In this document: positions 13,620-30,929 of the stretch, piece by piece
Layout: each line of letters opens with the position of its first letter
Numbering within the stretch: the first letter of the stretch is position 1
Origin: Octopus vulgaris
Lineage: Eukaryota
Assembly (NCBI GenBank): GCA_951406725.2
Contig: OX597830.1
Coordinates: 26,102,001 to 26,166,000, forward strand
Length of the DNA: 64,000 nucleotides
Reading direction: 5' to 3'
Made by a program: the position numbers and the translations under genes
Notes under the pieces: model-generated
Databases searched by the model: none
Told to the model about the DNA's origin: nothing
Seen by the model: only the letters and a program-made list of their open reading frames with translations

Positions 13620-15275
13620 AACATATGTATATATACATACATATATGTACATACCTACATATATATGTATGTATACATACATATATGGGTACAGGACATA
13701 AAAACGTGGACAGAATGAGAAACGAGACATGCAACATAAAGAACATTCCGTTTATCAGTTGTCTCCTGTTTTATCTACTCCGCATATCAAAGGTAAGGAC
13801 AAGACGCGACTTCGTTAAAACAATCCTTCCTGCAAAGCAAATTAAATAAAATTTGGGAATTTTTGCGGAGGGTGAAAGTGGTAACAAAAGCAGGACAGTG
13901 AGAAGAAAACAGTAAAAACAAACGGTGTGGGCCGTTAAGCCAAGACGATATAAAGTGGTAAATGCTGGAAAAACGAGCTTTGAGAAGAGACAGATAAAAA
14001 CACGTCTTGTCTTTAGGAAGGAAGTGGAAGAAAGATGTATGGCCGTTATTCACTTGTGGTCAACGAGAAATTCAAGGGGAAATAGGGAGAGAGAGAGAGT
14101 GGGCGGGGAACGGTGAAGGGGAGAAGACAAGAATAGGGAATGGGTGGGAGAGAAAAACAGAAAGGAAGAAGAACAAGAGATGGAGATAGATAGACAGAAA
14201 GGAGTAAGACAAGATGTGCTTTTATCTGTCTCTTTTCAGAGCTCGTTTTTCCAACGTTCACCACTTCACATCGTCTTGGCTTAACAGCTCACACCTTTTG
14301 TTTTTACTGTTTTCTTGTCACTGTCCTGTTTTGTTACCACTTTCACTCTGCGCAAAAATTTATCTAATTTGCTTTGCGAGAAGGATTGCTTTAACGAAGT
14401 CGCGTCTTGTTCTTACCTTCGTACGCGGAGTAGATAAAACAGGAGACAACTGATGAAGGGAATGTTCTTTATGTTGAATGTCTCGCTTCTCATTCTGTCC
14501 ACATTTTTTTTGATGTCCTGTACCCATATATGCATACATATACACATATCTATGTAGGTATGTACATATATGTATGTATATATGCATATATTTATATCTT
14601 ATATTATTACATATATATGTATATAAAAGAAAACGTAGACAAAATGAGAAACGAGAACATAAAAAACAAAAACATAGAAAATATAGAGAACAAAACACTA
14701 AAATCAAACGGTAAGAGCTGTTAATTCAAGACAATGTGAAGTGGTGAACGCTGGAAAATGAGCCTTAAGAAGAGACAAATAAAAGCACGTCTTGTCTTTA
14801 GGAAGGAATTGGAAGAAAGAAAGATGGATGGCCGTTGGTCACATGTAAGCAACGACAGAGTCAAAGAGGAAGAGTGAGAGAGGGGACAGTGAAGGGGAGA
14901 GGAAAAGAATAGGGAAGCGTGGGAAAGAAAAACAGAAAGGAAGAAGAACAAGAGAGGGAGATAGATAGATAGAAAAGAGATAGAATAAGAGTGCGCATCG
15001 TAATTATTAAGATAAAACTTACTTGGAAAAAGATGCGTGGCGTTCGATCAAATAATAATATAAATAATATATAAATATATGTATATATATACATACATAT
15101 GTGTACATACCTGCATATATATATATATATACACGCTTATGTCGGTACAAGACATCAATAAAACGTAGACAGAATGGGAAACGAGAACATAAAAAACAAA
15201 AACATAGAAAACGAAATTTTTTCAAACAACGAAAAAACAGAGAAACGAGACATGCAACATGAAGAACATTCTCAT
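13620..15275. repeat. Rearranged repeat with nested inverted and direct copies (probably PLE-related)
   Basis: About 13625-14010 is inverted to about 14205-14590; about 14715-14990 directly repeats about 13930-14220; 14628-14685 recurs at 15160-15215. Confidence 0.7.
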
Positions 15276-15656
15276 ATATTTGTCTGCGTGTCTGTGTTTG
15301 TCCACCCTCCATCGCATGACAACCGATGCTGGTGTGTTTACGTCCCCGTAACTTCACGGTTCGGCAAAAATGACAGATATAATGCGTACAAGGCTTACAA
15401 AGAATAAGTCCTGGGGTCGATTTGTTCTACGAAAGTTGGTGTTCCTGCATGGCCGCAGTCAAATGTCTGAAACATGTAAAAGAATAAAAGAAGATGTAGT
15501 AAGAAACTTGTTTCCCAACCACACGGTTCCAGGTTCACTCCCACAGCGTGACACAATGGGCCTTGTGAGTGACCAACCAAAGCCTTGTGAGTGGATTAGA
15601 CAGAAACTGAAAGAAACCCGTCGTGTATATGTGTATATAAATAAATAAATAAATAA

Positions 15657-15715
<59 letters not shown>

Positions 15716-15833
15716 GGCGGTGCTCTAGCATGGCGGCAGTCAAATGACTGAAAGAAGTTATTAAAAATAAAATATGTGTATATATAGGTATATATATGGG
15801 TGTGTATGTATTATGTGTATGTACATACATGTA

Positions 15834-16014
<181 letters not shown>

Positions 16015-16811
16015 ATGGGGAGAATTCACAGAAAAACAAGAGACGAAGACAAGAAGTGTAGACAACGAACAGGTATTAGTATAGCGGGAGGTGAAAAAGC
16101 TTTTAACGTTTCGAGCCTACGCTCTTCCACAGAAAGGAACACAGAAAGAAACAAGGAGAGATAACAGAGAATGTGTAGTGGCTAGCAATCTATCATACTG
16201 AATATATATAAAATTAAATAATGAGGGTAGTAATTGATATTATCAAATAATATTAATTTACACCAGTGAACAGCATACTTTAAAAATGTTCCTCTTATAT
16301 ATATTTGTATTGTTTTTCGTGGGATATTTGTACGCCTTTGTATAAGAGAATATAGAGAACACCCGTCTGAGTGAATGAAAATATTCACATCTGTGTGAAC
16401 AAGGTATAGACAAATTCAACAAAAACAGTGAAGTAATATAATAATGTATTATTAAACCAGTGGGAACAACAAAAAGCGTTTTGTCTCATTCAAGATGACC
16501 TTGACGTTTGCTCTCGAACTTGTAACACCTGAATTTATCTGCAATATAATAACATTTGATTTTACAATTTGGCTGAAGGCCAACAATTTCCGGGGAGGGA
16601 CCATGTCAATTATATCGACGCCAGGGTTAACTGGTGCTTATTTCATCGAAGCCGAGAGAATAAAATGCAAAGTCCACCTCAGCTGATTTTGAACTCAAGA
16701 CGTAAAGGTGGACAGAATACTGCTAAGCATTTTCCTCGGCGTGCTAGTGATTCTGCCGGCTCGCTGCCCTACAATATGATAATGTTTGAAGCTATAAATT
16801 CACTAGACACA

Positions 16812-16979
16812 GGCGTAGGAGTCACTCTGTGGTAAGTAGTCTGCTTACGAACCACATGGTTCCGGGTTCAGTCCCACTGCGTGGCACCTTGGGCAAGTGT
16901 CTTCTACTATAGCTTCGGGCCGACCAGAGCTTTGTGAGTGGATTTGGTAGACGGAAACTGAAAGAAACCTGTATGTTTG

Positions 16980-17077
<98 letters not shown>

Positions 17078-17291
17078 TCTGTGTATATGTTTGTGTGTCT
17101 GTGTTTGCCCCCAGCATCGCTTGACAACCGATGCTGGAGTGTATACGTCCCCGTAACTTAGTGGTTCGGCAAAAAGACCGATAGGATAAGTACTAGGCTT
17201 ACAAAACATAAGTCCTGGGGTCGATTTGCTGGACTAAAGGTGGTGCTCCAGCATGGCCACAGTCAAATAACTAAAACGAGTAAAAGAGTAA
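16812..17291 (+). mobile_element. SINE family A (tRNA-like head, CORE-like caccttgggcaagtg, internal microsatellite, gagtaaaa tail)
   Basis: Full-length match to 50415-50823. Partial copies at about 13450-13600, 15280-15760, 45265-45390, 45660-45815 and 59335-59465. Confidence 0.85.
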
Positions 17292-17427
17292 CTCAGAGTT
17301 TCAAGTGACCAATTCTCAAAGGATAACGAAGAATTAGTAATGCGAAAATAACAGCTGGAATTATACACAAGTAAGCAGGTAGACACACAGAGACACACAT
17401 AAGCAGGCACAAACATAATCATATGTA

Positions 17428-18708
17428 CGAGGGGCGTTCAATAAGTAATGCCCCTGACCCACTTCCCATAGCAGTAGAGCAACGAAACTTGGCACAGTTA
17501 TTAGTCTTTTTCTACATAGGAACCACCCAGAGTTACGCATTTCTCCCATTGTTTGATGCAGCTCTGGAGACCGTTTTTGTAGAAGACCCCAGCTTGGTCC
17601 ACCAACCACGACGTGACTTCAGAAATCAAGGCTGCATCATCTGGGAAACGCTTTCCTTTCAAAAACAACATCATGGCTGGGAAGAGGTGAAAATCAGAGG
17701 GTGCAAGGTCAGGAGAGTAGGGGGGATGGGGGAGGAGTTCATAGCCGCACGCCTGTGCTTCTGATCTGGCGACACGCGAGTTGTGGACCGTAGCTTTGTC
17801 CTGCAGGAGGAGGATGCCTTTGCTGATCTTGCCCCGCCTCTTGATTTTGATAGCTTCTCTTAATTTCCTCAAAAGTGAAGCATAATAGGCTCCTGTAATT
17901 GTGGTACACTTTGCCAGGAAATCTGTCATCACTACTCCGTCCTGGTCCCAGAAGACTGTGAGCATGACCTTGCCAGCGGAGGGCTGCACCCTTGCCTTCT
18001 TTGGAGGAGGTGAGTCACGGTGCTTCTACTGCATTGACTGGGCTTTGGTCTCTGGATCATAGTGATGGACCCAGGTTTCATCCTGTGTAATCAGACTTTT
18101 GAAAAATTTTGATTCATCTTCTTGGCACGTCTCCAATTCATCCTCGAGCACTCGACGCGTTCTTGCTTCTGGAAAGGTGTGAGCAACCTGGGAATCCATC
18201 TGGCAGACACCTTTTGCATATGCAAATGGTCATGAATGATAGTTTCCACAGACCTGGTACTAATCTTGACCTCATGGGCTCTTTGGCGAATAGTTATGCG
18301 TCGATCTTCCAAAATGGCAGCCTCAACTTGACGGACAGATGCCTCATCAATGGCAGAAGGGGGGCGACCAGATCTGGGAGCTGTTTCCACAGAGTACCGA
18401 CCATGTTTGAATTCACGATGCCAGCGTTTTACAAGGTCATATGATGGAGCATCATCACCATAAGTTACTTTCATTTCATCAAAAGTCTCCCGTGGTGTGC
18501 TTCCTTTCAAATACAAAAACCGGATCACTGCTCGACACTCAACAGGCTCCATTTCACACTTGACTCAGTTCAAACACCTGTAAATCAGAAACCACAATTG
18601 GTTCAGAGCTGTAATTTTCCACTTAATCTATAGACATATAGATAATTGCACATGCAAAATAAAACAACTGCAAGTGGGTCAGGGGCATTACTTATTGAAC
18701 GTCCCTCG
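17428..18708 (-). mobile_element. Mariner (DD34D) transposon, full-length, irritans-like
   Basis: 37-bp TIRs CGAGGG(G/A)CGTTCAATAAGTAATGCCCCTGACCCACTT with one mismatch; TA at 17426-17427 and 18709-18710. Confidence 0.95.
17501..18552 (-). pseudogene. Mariner transposase pseudogene
   Basis: HTH N-terminus, WIPRLL, TQDETW, QD(34 aa)D, HPPYSPDLAPSD. One frameshift near 18135 and one TGG>TAG near 18027. Confidence 0.92.
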
Positions 18709-18714
18709 TATATA

Positions 18715-18910
18715 TGTGGAAGGGTAAAAAATTATATACACTTTTGGTTTTTCATTGTATTTACACAAACGCAGGGGGTAAACAAATACCTCATTTTTCT
18801 CTGTAGTGTCTTTCCTTTTCGATGCACATGATCCAGCGGTCTACAAGCTTGCGTATTCCCTCCAAGATTAATATTTTCGGTTGTTTATGCAACCATTTGT
18901 GCGCTCAGAG
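18715..18910 (-). mobile_element. Older mariner 3' fragment
   Basis: Minus strand reads AHKWLHKQPKILILEGIRKLVDRWIMCIEKE, like a mariner transposase C-terminus. Confidence 0.6.
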
Positions 18911-20439
18911 AAGGGAAAAGCTCGTTAGAGCTCTGCCAAGATGCTCAGACAGAACATGGAGGCTCGATTAATAGCATAGAAGATAAAGTACCATCGAAAC
19001 ATTAAACTGACACAACACTTAGACAGATCACAGAGGTTGTATACAGACCGAGACTCAATAGGAAACACGAATGGAACAGTAACACCCACCACTACACCAC
19101 ACTACATCACCAAAGACAGAAGGGCTGAGAAGTGAGAGGGAAAAAGAAAAAATCGTAAATAATACACAGAAACATACAGGGTAATACACACACTATAGTC
19201 ATATATGCACTTACCTGTGATACTTATGAGAAATAGAGATAAATATATATATATAGCTGGATAAATAGTTAAATATATAAATATATTTATCACATATCTG
19301 TGATAAATATAAGACATAAAGATATATGAAATAAATAAATGAAACTATTTTGAAGGGTATGGATACATATAACATATGAAGCGAGCCGATACACACGCAC
19401 AAACACACACAAGAAATTTCATGGACGGCCATATCAATGTCAACAGCAAAATTACCAGCGACAGCAGCAGCGGCCGTGACGACGATGGTAATAACAACAA
19501 CAACGAGCACGGTGGCAACACCGTGGGCGAACACACCAACACAGAGAAATACAGGAACTGCACCATATTGTCTTTCTTGGCGGGGGGGAGGGATCTTAGG
19601 ACAACAGCAGCACAATGGGGTGAGGGGATGGGGCTGAGGGGGAGGCCACACTACTGCTAAAAACTAGGACACACACACACACAAGCTTTTACTTATATAG
19701 TAAGTGTGAAAAATATTTAAGGGTAACGTAATTGGCATTTAGGATGATGATCGTGCTAATGACAGTTATTAAGCCTGAAACGCGTGTCCTTGGATGTCTT
19801 CTTATCTGCGGACAATAAACACATCCATTTTATAATGACATCTTAACTTTGGAGATTTCTGGGGATTATTTTCCTGTCTCAAGTTGAGCTACTCTTAATT
19901 GCTATTCGATAATTTAGACACGTCCTCCAGAAGCAGATCATGTGTAGAATGACAAAGAATAAAATTCTGGGGTCGGTTTGTTTGGCTGAATTCAGTGCTC
20001 CAGCATGACCGCAGTCAAATGACTGAAACAAGTACAAGAATAAATGAAATACAGACACACACATATATACATACATACATACATACATACATACATACAT
20101 ACATACACATATTCATACACACATGCATGTATACATGCATACATACATACATGCATGCATACATGCATCCGTATGTACATACATTCATACATAAATACAT
20201 ACATACATACATGCATACATACATGCATGCATGCATACATACATACATACATACATACATACATACATACATACATGCATATATACATACATACATACAC
20301 GTTTATATGTAATCTACCCTGGTCTTTCTCGGTTACGATGACGTGTGTTACACTGGATCTCGTGGAACACTTTGCTGGTGAAAGTCACGTGCAAGGGGCT
20401 CAGCGCTTCACAGACACTAGTAACCTTAAGGTATTTCTC

Positions 20440-20660
20440 AGAAACGTTAGCACGCCGGGTGAAATGCGAAGCCATATTTCGTCTGCCGCTACGTTCTGAG
20501 TTCAAATTCCGCCGAGGTCGACTTTGCCTTTCATCCTTTCGGGGTCGATAAATTAAGTACCAGTTACGCACTGGGGTTGATGTAATCGACTTAATCCGTT
20601 TGTCTGTCCTTGTTTGTCCTCTCTGTGTTTAGCCCCTTGTGGGTAGTAAAGAAATAGGTA
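20440..20660 (+). mobile_element. SINE family B
   Basis: Close match to the reverse complement of 1605-1815. Confidence 0.8.
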
Positions 20661-21544
20661 TTTCTCAGGGAGATTCAGCGTGACATATAATGTTGCAAGC
20701 ATGGCCCTTTTTGAATAACAATTATAACTCGTTTTTACCAGCTGAATGGACGGGAGTAAAGAAAAATAAACTGTGTTGCTCAAGGATACAACGTCTCACC
20801 ACTAAGCCACGTGATCTGCATGTTTTTTTTTCTAAAGTCATATTTTTCAACGATCTCCTAGCTTAGGTCATCCGACACAGTCTAGTAATTCGTTACACAA
20901 GTAAATCTAGACGTCTCTCAATTCTTAGCGTACCTAGCCTTGCAGAATACATTCTAATGTGGCTACGTGTTATTAGACGTTGTCCACCTCGATGTCAAAC
21001 TGGGGACTTTATAGCATTCAAATGTATTCGAAAGACGAGTTGGTAGTAAGTTCAGCACCTTTGTTCGAGGGTCAGCTCAGGCAGGGTTGAAACGGAGCTA
21101 AACAAGAGCAACAACAAACAACAGGTTTGTTCTGTCTGTATATTGGTGACACGTCTCTCATATTAAAATATGTTATAACATAAGGATTTTAAATAGAAAT
21201 AGTTTAGCTAAACACGCTGGGATGTGTTTTTTCAATGCCCTTCAAACAGGAATTTTTTTAATGCATCATGTAGCTTGTGAAGTTATACATACATACATAC
21301 ATACATACATACATGCATATATACATACATACATACATACATACATACATACATACATACATACACACACATATATACACACATACATAAATACATACAT
21401 ACATACATACATAAAAAAATACCTTGTTGATGTCGAAATTCCAGTGAAGGAGCCTTGGATCTAGGTTAGAAACCGGCCCTTTCTCTAATAGCAAGAAATC
21501 TTGAAGTAAAAGTAAATAATGACATACATACAGACACATTTTCA

Positions 21545-23290
21545 GCTAATATAAGAATGGAATTTGACCAGAAGAAATGCTCTTATTTAATTGTAGAACG
21601 GGGAAAATCAGTCTCCCAGACACAAAACCTGTGCTTCACTATTTCTCCTATTCTACATAAAGAATGCTACAAGTACCTTGGCGTTGATGAAAATATATCT
21701 TACCCCGGTATTGTGAATAAAGATAGAGTGACCCTAGAATATTACATCAGACTAAGTAAAATGTGGCAGTTTGAACTCTCCTCTTACAACACGATAATAT
21801 CTCAAAATGCAGTAAATGTGCTGGTTCCAACATTTGTGATAATTGCTGGTCAGTAGAAGAAATCCACTTCATAGACATTAAATCCCCCAAGATTCTAAAA
21901 TCAATTGGCAATCTCCACAAAAATAGTGATATCGACCGGCTCTACCTAAGAGAAGATAAAAGAGGTAAGGGGCTTGAGATCAGTGCAGACAACCGTCGAA
22001 CGTTGCATAGTCTCTCTCAGACATCACAAAAACAGCAGCAAAAATGAATACATTAACTTAGTGCTGAAAAGTGAAGAAAACAATATCCTGCGTGTTGGAA
22101 GTGAACTCCTTAGGAAGTACTCTCTTCCTGATAACCGCTCATACAACCCCAAATCAGCTGGACTAGCATGACTGAAAGACGAACTGGAAGTGAAATGCCC
22201 AGCATACTAAATCAGGACCATGCAGAGGTTTGTTTCTCATGTACTTGAAGATAGTAATATTGACACAAAGCGAAGCCTCTCGAGGACTCATGACTGCTAC
22301 ATTACATCACACTTCGAATGCTATGTATTTGCAATCCAAGAACAAGATATTGCTACTAAATGCCTAACCAACGAAAGAGACAGTGAAGCTCTTGACGTCC
22401 CAAGATATATCCGTGACTGCAGATAATGGCATATTTCTGTGGACATCATACGTGATTATCAGCTGCTCAAAAATATCATCAAGGTACTAACTCCCTGTGC
22501 GACATGACATTGTCACAAAAACAATATACAATGCTATTCGGAAGAAAGACTGTCCTGGAATGAATATAGAGAATCGTCCTGTTATTGAATACACTCAGAT
22601 GCCAGCATATGGAATATACCCATCAAAACATCTGTCATGTAGTCGGTGTTTGTAAATGTGTGGTCGAGTTGGTGTGTCGGATGAGCTGTCGATGCATACA
22701 TCCAAGTGTGTGCATCTATCCATATCAGAATCTCAAGCATCGATCCCCCACAGGTAGAATACTGAGCATCTGGATTTAGGTGTATGCGTCAGTGTAGATG
22801 TGTTTCCTCAGGTGATTAAAAGATGTATCTCATTAAAATAACGTCTGTTCCGCAAGATTTCTCCTCGGTATTTGTATACAAAAGCAGCGGATGTGAATGT
22901 ATAATCGAAGGTCCAGGAAAAAGAGAACATTTATGGTGAATTAAGCAAAACTAACAGCTCTTCTGCCCTGACTATAAATTCTCATTTGTACCTCTAATCT
23001 TAGGTGCATTAGGCTATGGTACCAACAAATATGCATGAAAACCTAAACATAGTCGGTTTCACAAGGAAAAAAGCAAGAGAAACTGATGCGGATTTTCCAA
23101 ATCCAATTTATTAGTGGCACAGGGAAAATTTGTAAAACATTCCAAAAGTTCTCCGCTTTAGATTCTGATATGAATAGATGTACACACTTGGATGTATGCA
23201 TCGACAGCTCAGCCGACACACCAACTCGACCACACATTTACAAACACTAACTACTCTCTTAACAGAAATATAGTCACTGTGACCGGCGTG
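21545..23290 (+). mobile_element. Highly degenerate R4-like (RLE) non-LTR retrotransposon
   Basis: Remnant motifs KC, YKYLGVDE, DIDRLYL.R..GRGL, FAIQEQ, RHD, PLILGALG; many stops and frameshifts. Confidence 0.75.
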
Positions 23291-23426
23291 AACTCTTTTA
23301 GGAAGAATTAAAAACATAGATGCATTCATTCATCTATATATGTGTGTGTGCATGTGTGTCTGTTTTGTCTGTATGTGTGCGCGTGTATGTCTGTATATGC
23401 ATACATACATATACATACATACATGC

Positions 23427-23490
<64 letters not shown>

Positions 23491-23522
23491 TGATAATAAT
23501 AATAATTATAATAATTAATAAT

Positions 23523-23592
<70 letters not shown>

Positions 23593-24362
23593 TTCTTTGC
23601 TTCCTCCCTGAATATTCAAATATAAATGTAAACATATACTTTTTATTGTAAAAACACACCTGTTCTTCTAACTGGACATACAAACATCTCTAGAAAAGTC
23701 AACTTCAACCTCCACAATATTACCTTACACGAAATATACAAACACTTTTTATTGCAATAACACAAACGCACATGGGAAAAAAAAATGATGATGCTAAGAT
23801 TCTCTCTGGTCGAACACAACTTCTCTATTCACAAACAATACAGAACATCCCTTCCTTAATTTTTCTTAAGCCTAATAGTAGTAAACATCTGAACTTTTTT
23901 TGACCGACAGGACCCCACCCCCCAAAAGAAAAGAAAAAAAAAGAAAAAAAAAAGAAAAAATATCACTGATGGTGATGATGATAATAATGATAGTAATAGT
24001 GCTGATAATCTATCTATCTATCTACACACACACACACACTCAAAGAGTTCAACCAACACAAACCTCACCTCCGCTCTATTGTTAACCAAATATGAAAGTA
24101 TTATTTGACAGGCAAGAACTCTGGCGTTGAAGACAGTCAGCCAGCCAACCACCAAGCCAGCCAACGAGACAGACAGACACTACTGTGATGGTGATAATGA
24201 TAAAAAAACAAAAATAACAATAATAAGATACTGCTGTGACTACACATAAAACAATATCATTGATGATGATGGTGGTGATGGTGATGGTGATGATGATAAC
24301 GATGATGGTAATGGTGGTGATAATGATGATAGTGATAGTAATGGTGATGATAACAATAATAA

Positions 24363-28431
<4,069 letters not shown>

Positions 28432-28445
28432 TAATAATAATAATG

Positions 28446-28506
<61 letters not shown>

Positions 28507-28532
28507 TAATAATAATAACAACAACATAACAC

Positions 28533-28606
28533 CATCGAAAAATACCTTAGGAATGAGAACCCTGGTTCGAAATTTCTTCTAAGACACATGAAGAAGGCTG
28601 GAGGGT
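28533..28606 (+). mobile_element. Fragment of the tRNA/hammerhead element (copy C; core mutated)
   Basis: catcgaaaaataccttaggaatgagaacc...gacacATGAAGAaggctggagggt matches about 47960-48033. Confidence 0.8.
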
Positions 28607-29659
28607 TTTTCTGACACATTTCTTCATTTCTTACTTAAGATTCTTTTGTACCTTGAGGAGAAAACTCGTTTAGCTCTGTTCATTTGAAGGATTTCTTTTT
28701 ATATAGATCTTTTGCTTTACCTCAGTAGACATTTCCAACTCATGTTCTTTGTATTTAATTTGTATCTTTTAATGTACACTATTCTTATTCAAACAACCGA
28801 AGCAATGACATAGAAGGTTGACTCTTTGCATTTGAAGTAATGTAATTGAAGCCAAGCATTATTAATCTGTGTTAATGTTCTTTTTTGTCTTTTCGCTATC
28901 TCTATCGGCTTCACATATGCTATCACCTTATTACAAACTAAGCCATTATATCAAAATGTTCAATGGCTGCTTTCCGCATGATCACTGTATAGTTATGTTA
29001 ATTTCCCTATACAGTATTTTAACTTACCATATAATTTTTCAAAAGAACTATATCCTCTCAAAACAATTCAGATATCTGCAGAGCATATGTTCAGCTTTAC
29101 TGAATTAATAAGGTCTATTAAACCTGAAACACAGCTGGAGTTATCGCGGTGCTCAACGATGTTCAGACTCCATTTCTTTGCATATCTTTATTCAATTTTT
29201 AATCAATTTAAATTTCAGAAATCTCTTCCTTTCCTTCATTGAAAAGAATTGTCATTAACTCTAATGATTTTCCCTTTCATTACGAACGTACGTTCAATTG
29301 ATTAAAATTCTCATTTATTCACTATATTAAGTATGTTAGCTTGCGGTAAATTACACATGTGATTCGGTGTAATTTAGCGACTGAGTTGTATTTTACATCC
29401 CCCATGTGCTGAAGAACAGATTCTCCATGTTAGGGAGATGATGAACTTGTCAACGTAATTCTAGTTAAATAGGGCATATCAGAAAGGACCTTCAGTACGA
29501 CTTTAGTGAACTAGTTTTTAAAACAGCTTTCGAATCTAACCTCAGTGTATCTTCGTATGAAATATCTAGCCACAATACCACTACACTATCTTACTCAGTT
29601 ACTTTTAAACTATCTTAAAATATTGGGTCCTTTATTTTAATTAAGTTATACAAATATAC

Positions 29660-30036
29660 AACAAGAGCACTCTGAGAGGGCAAACCTCTGCCAAGGCAAC
29701 ACCAACGTCCTCTCAACGATTAGCCAGAGATGATTTTTAAAATGAAAATATTTAAATAATAAACTCGACTGTTCTCACAAACAATAATACTAAAAGTGAA
29801 CCCGACCGCTCTCAAAAATTAACTAAACTAACACAGGAAAATAATCCAGAATCCTTGTCCGGTATTGGATCGATTCCAAAATATAACCAGTTCGTGCCGT
29901 GCCAGTCACGAAGCCAAATATCCCTGAAAGTTTCATCCGAACCCATCCAGTGATCCCTGAGATATCTTGTCTACGGACAAACAAACAAACACGACTGAAA
30001 ATAATACCTCCGCCTTCGCTAAGGCGGAGGTAATAA
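29660..30036 (-). mobile_element. Helentron-associated non-autonomous element (HINE/DINE-1-like)
   Basis: Minus strand: TT-flanked 5' hairpin ACCTCCGCCTT-agcg-AAGGCGGAGGT, then (GTTT)n, a 3' subTIR TTGGCAGAGGT, and a terminal stem-loop ending ctcttgtt. Confidence 0.7.
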
Positions 30037-30299
30037 ATAGACATAGTAACAATACGAAAAGTTCAAATGGGACATAGATCCAGCTAAAATTTTAATGATG
30101 CCAGAGCGTGCTGCATTAATTCTCTCTGCATAAATAATGAATGTCTAATATCTGTGCTATATTACAACTAGTTCTTCTACGAGAGCATGTATAGGTCTTA
30201 CTACAAACAATTTCAAGTCCAGATATCCCCAACATTTTCGCTCGTTTAGAAACCCTTCAATTATCAATGCAGCAGTTTTATCAAGCTATATCTTGTGAT

Positions 30300-30865
30300 T
30301 GAAGGATACTGTTATGGCACAACCTGCGTGGAAGATCATGGTTGAGCAACACCCGACAGACTATATTAACACATTAAAATCTATGTACAACTCTCAAGCT
30401 CTCCCATACACGCCCCATAAGAAAAATTTGAGAAGATGGATATACGGGGGCATGAGACATACATGTTGCGGGTGAACTGGAATCTGTAAGACCTCTGACA
30501 TCAGGTTGTTGTCCAATCTCAAAGAATCAACCAAAGCAAGCAAGAGCGAGCGCTCAGGACCTAGTTATTGAATTACAGAGACTGTGGAAAATGTGGGTAA
30601 CATGCATTCCAGTAGTTATAGGTGCATTGGGAACTATTCCTAAAGGTCTGAACAGAAGGAGAGAGGAAATAGGCGTAAAACCCAGTTTAGTACAGCTCTA
30701 GAAAATAGTGTTATTACGAACAGATAGGATTCTTAGGCGGATTCTTGGCATCTGAGGTTACTTGCTGTAATCCAGTAGGACGGCTTTTGGCATCTAAGGC
30801 TACTTGTTGTAGCCCAATGTTAGGATTCTTTTCTTTTCCAACAATTTAATCTGTTAAGTGTATAT
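30300..30865 (+). mobile_element. R4-like 3' fragment
   Basis: About 30600-30755 reads IPVVIGALGTIPKGL...RILRRILGI*; followed by (AAC)n(AAT)n. The 5' boundary is uncertain. Confidence 0.65.
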
Positions 30866-30866
30866 G

Positions 30867-30900
<34 letters not shown>

Positions 30901-30929
30901 CGACAATAATAATAATAATAATAATAATA

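Noticed and set aside
19744-19792. Hammerhead-like remnants here and near 11095-11125 and 21445-21480
   Set aside because: Cores and stems are too degenerate to distinguish from chance.
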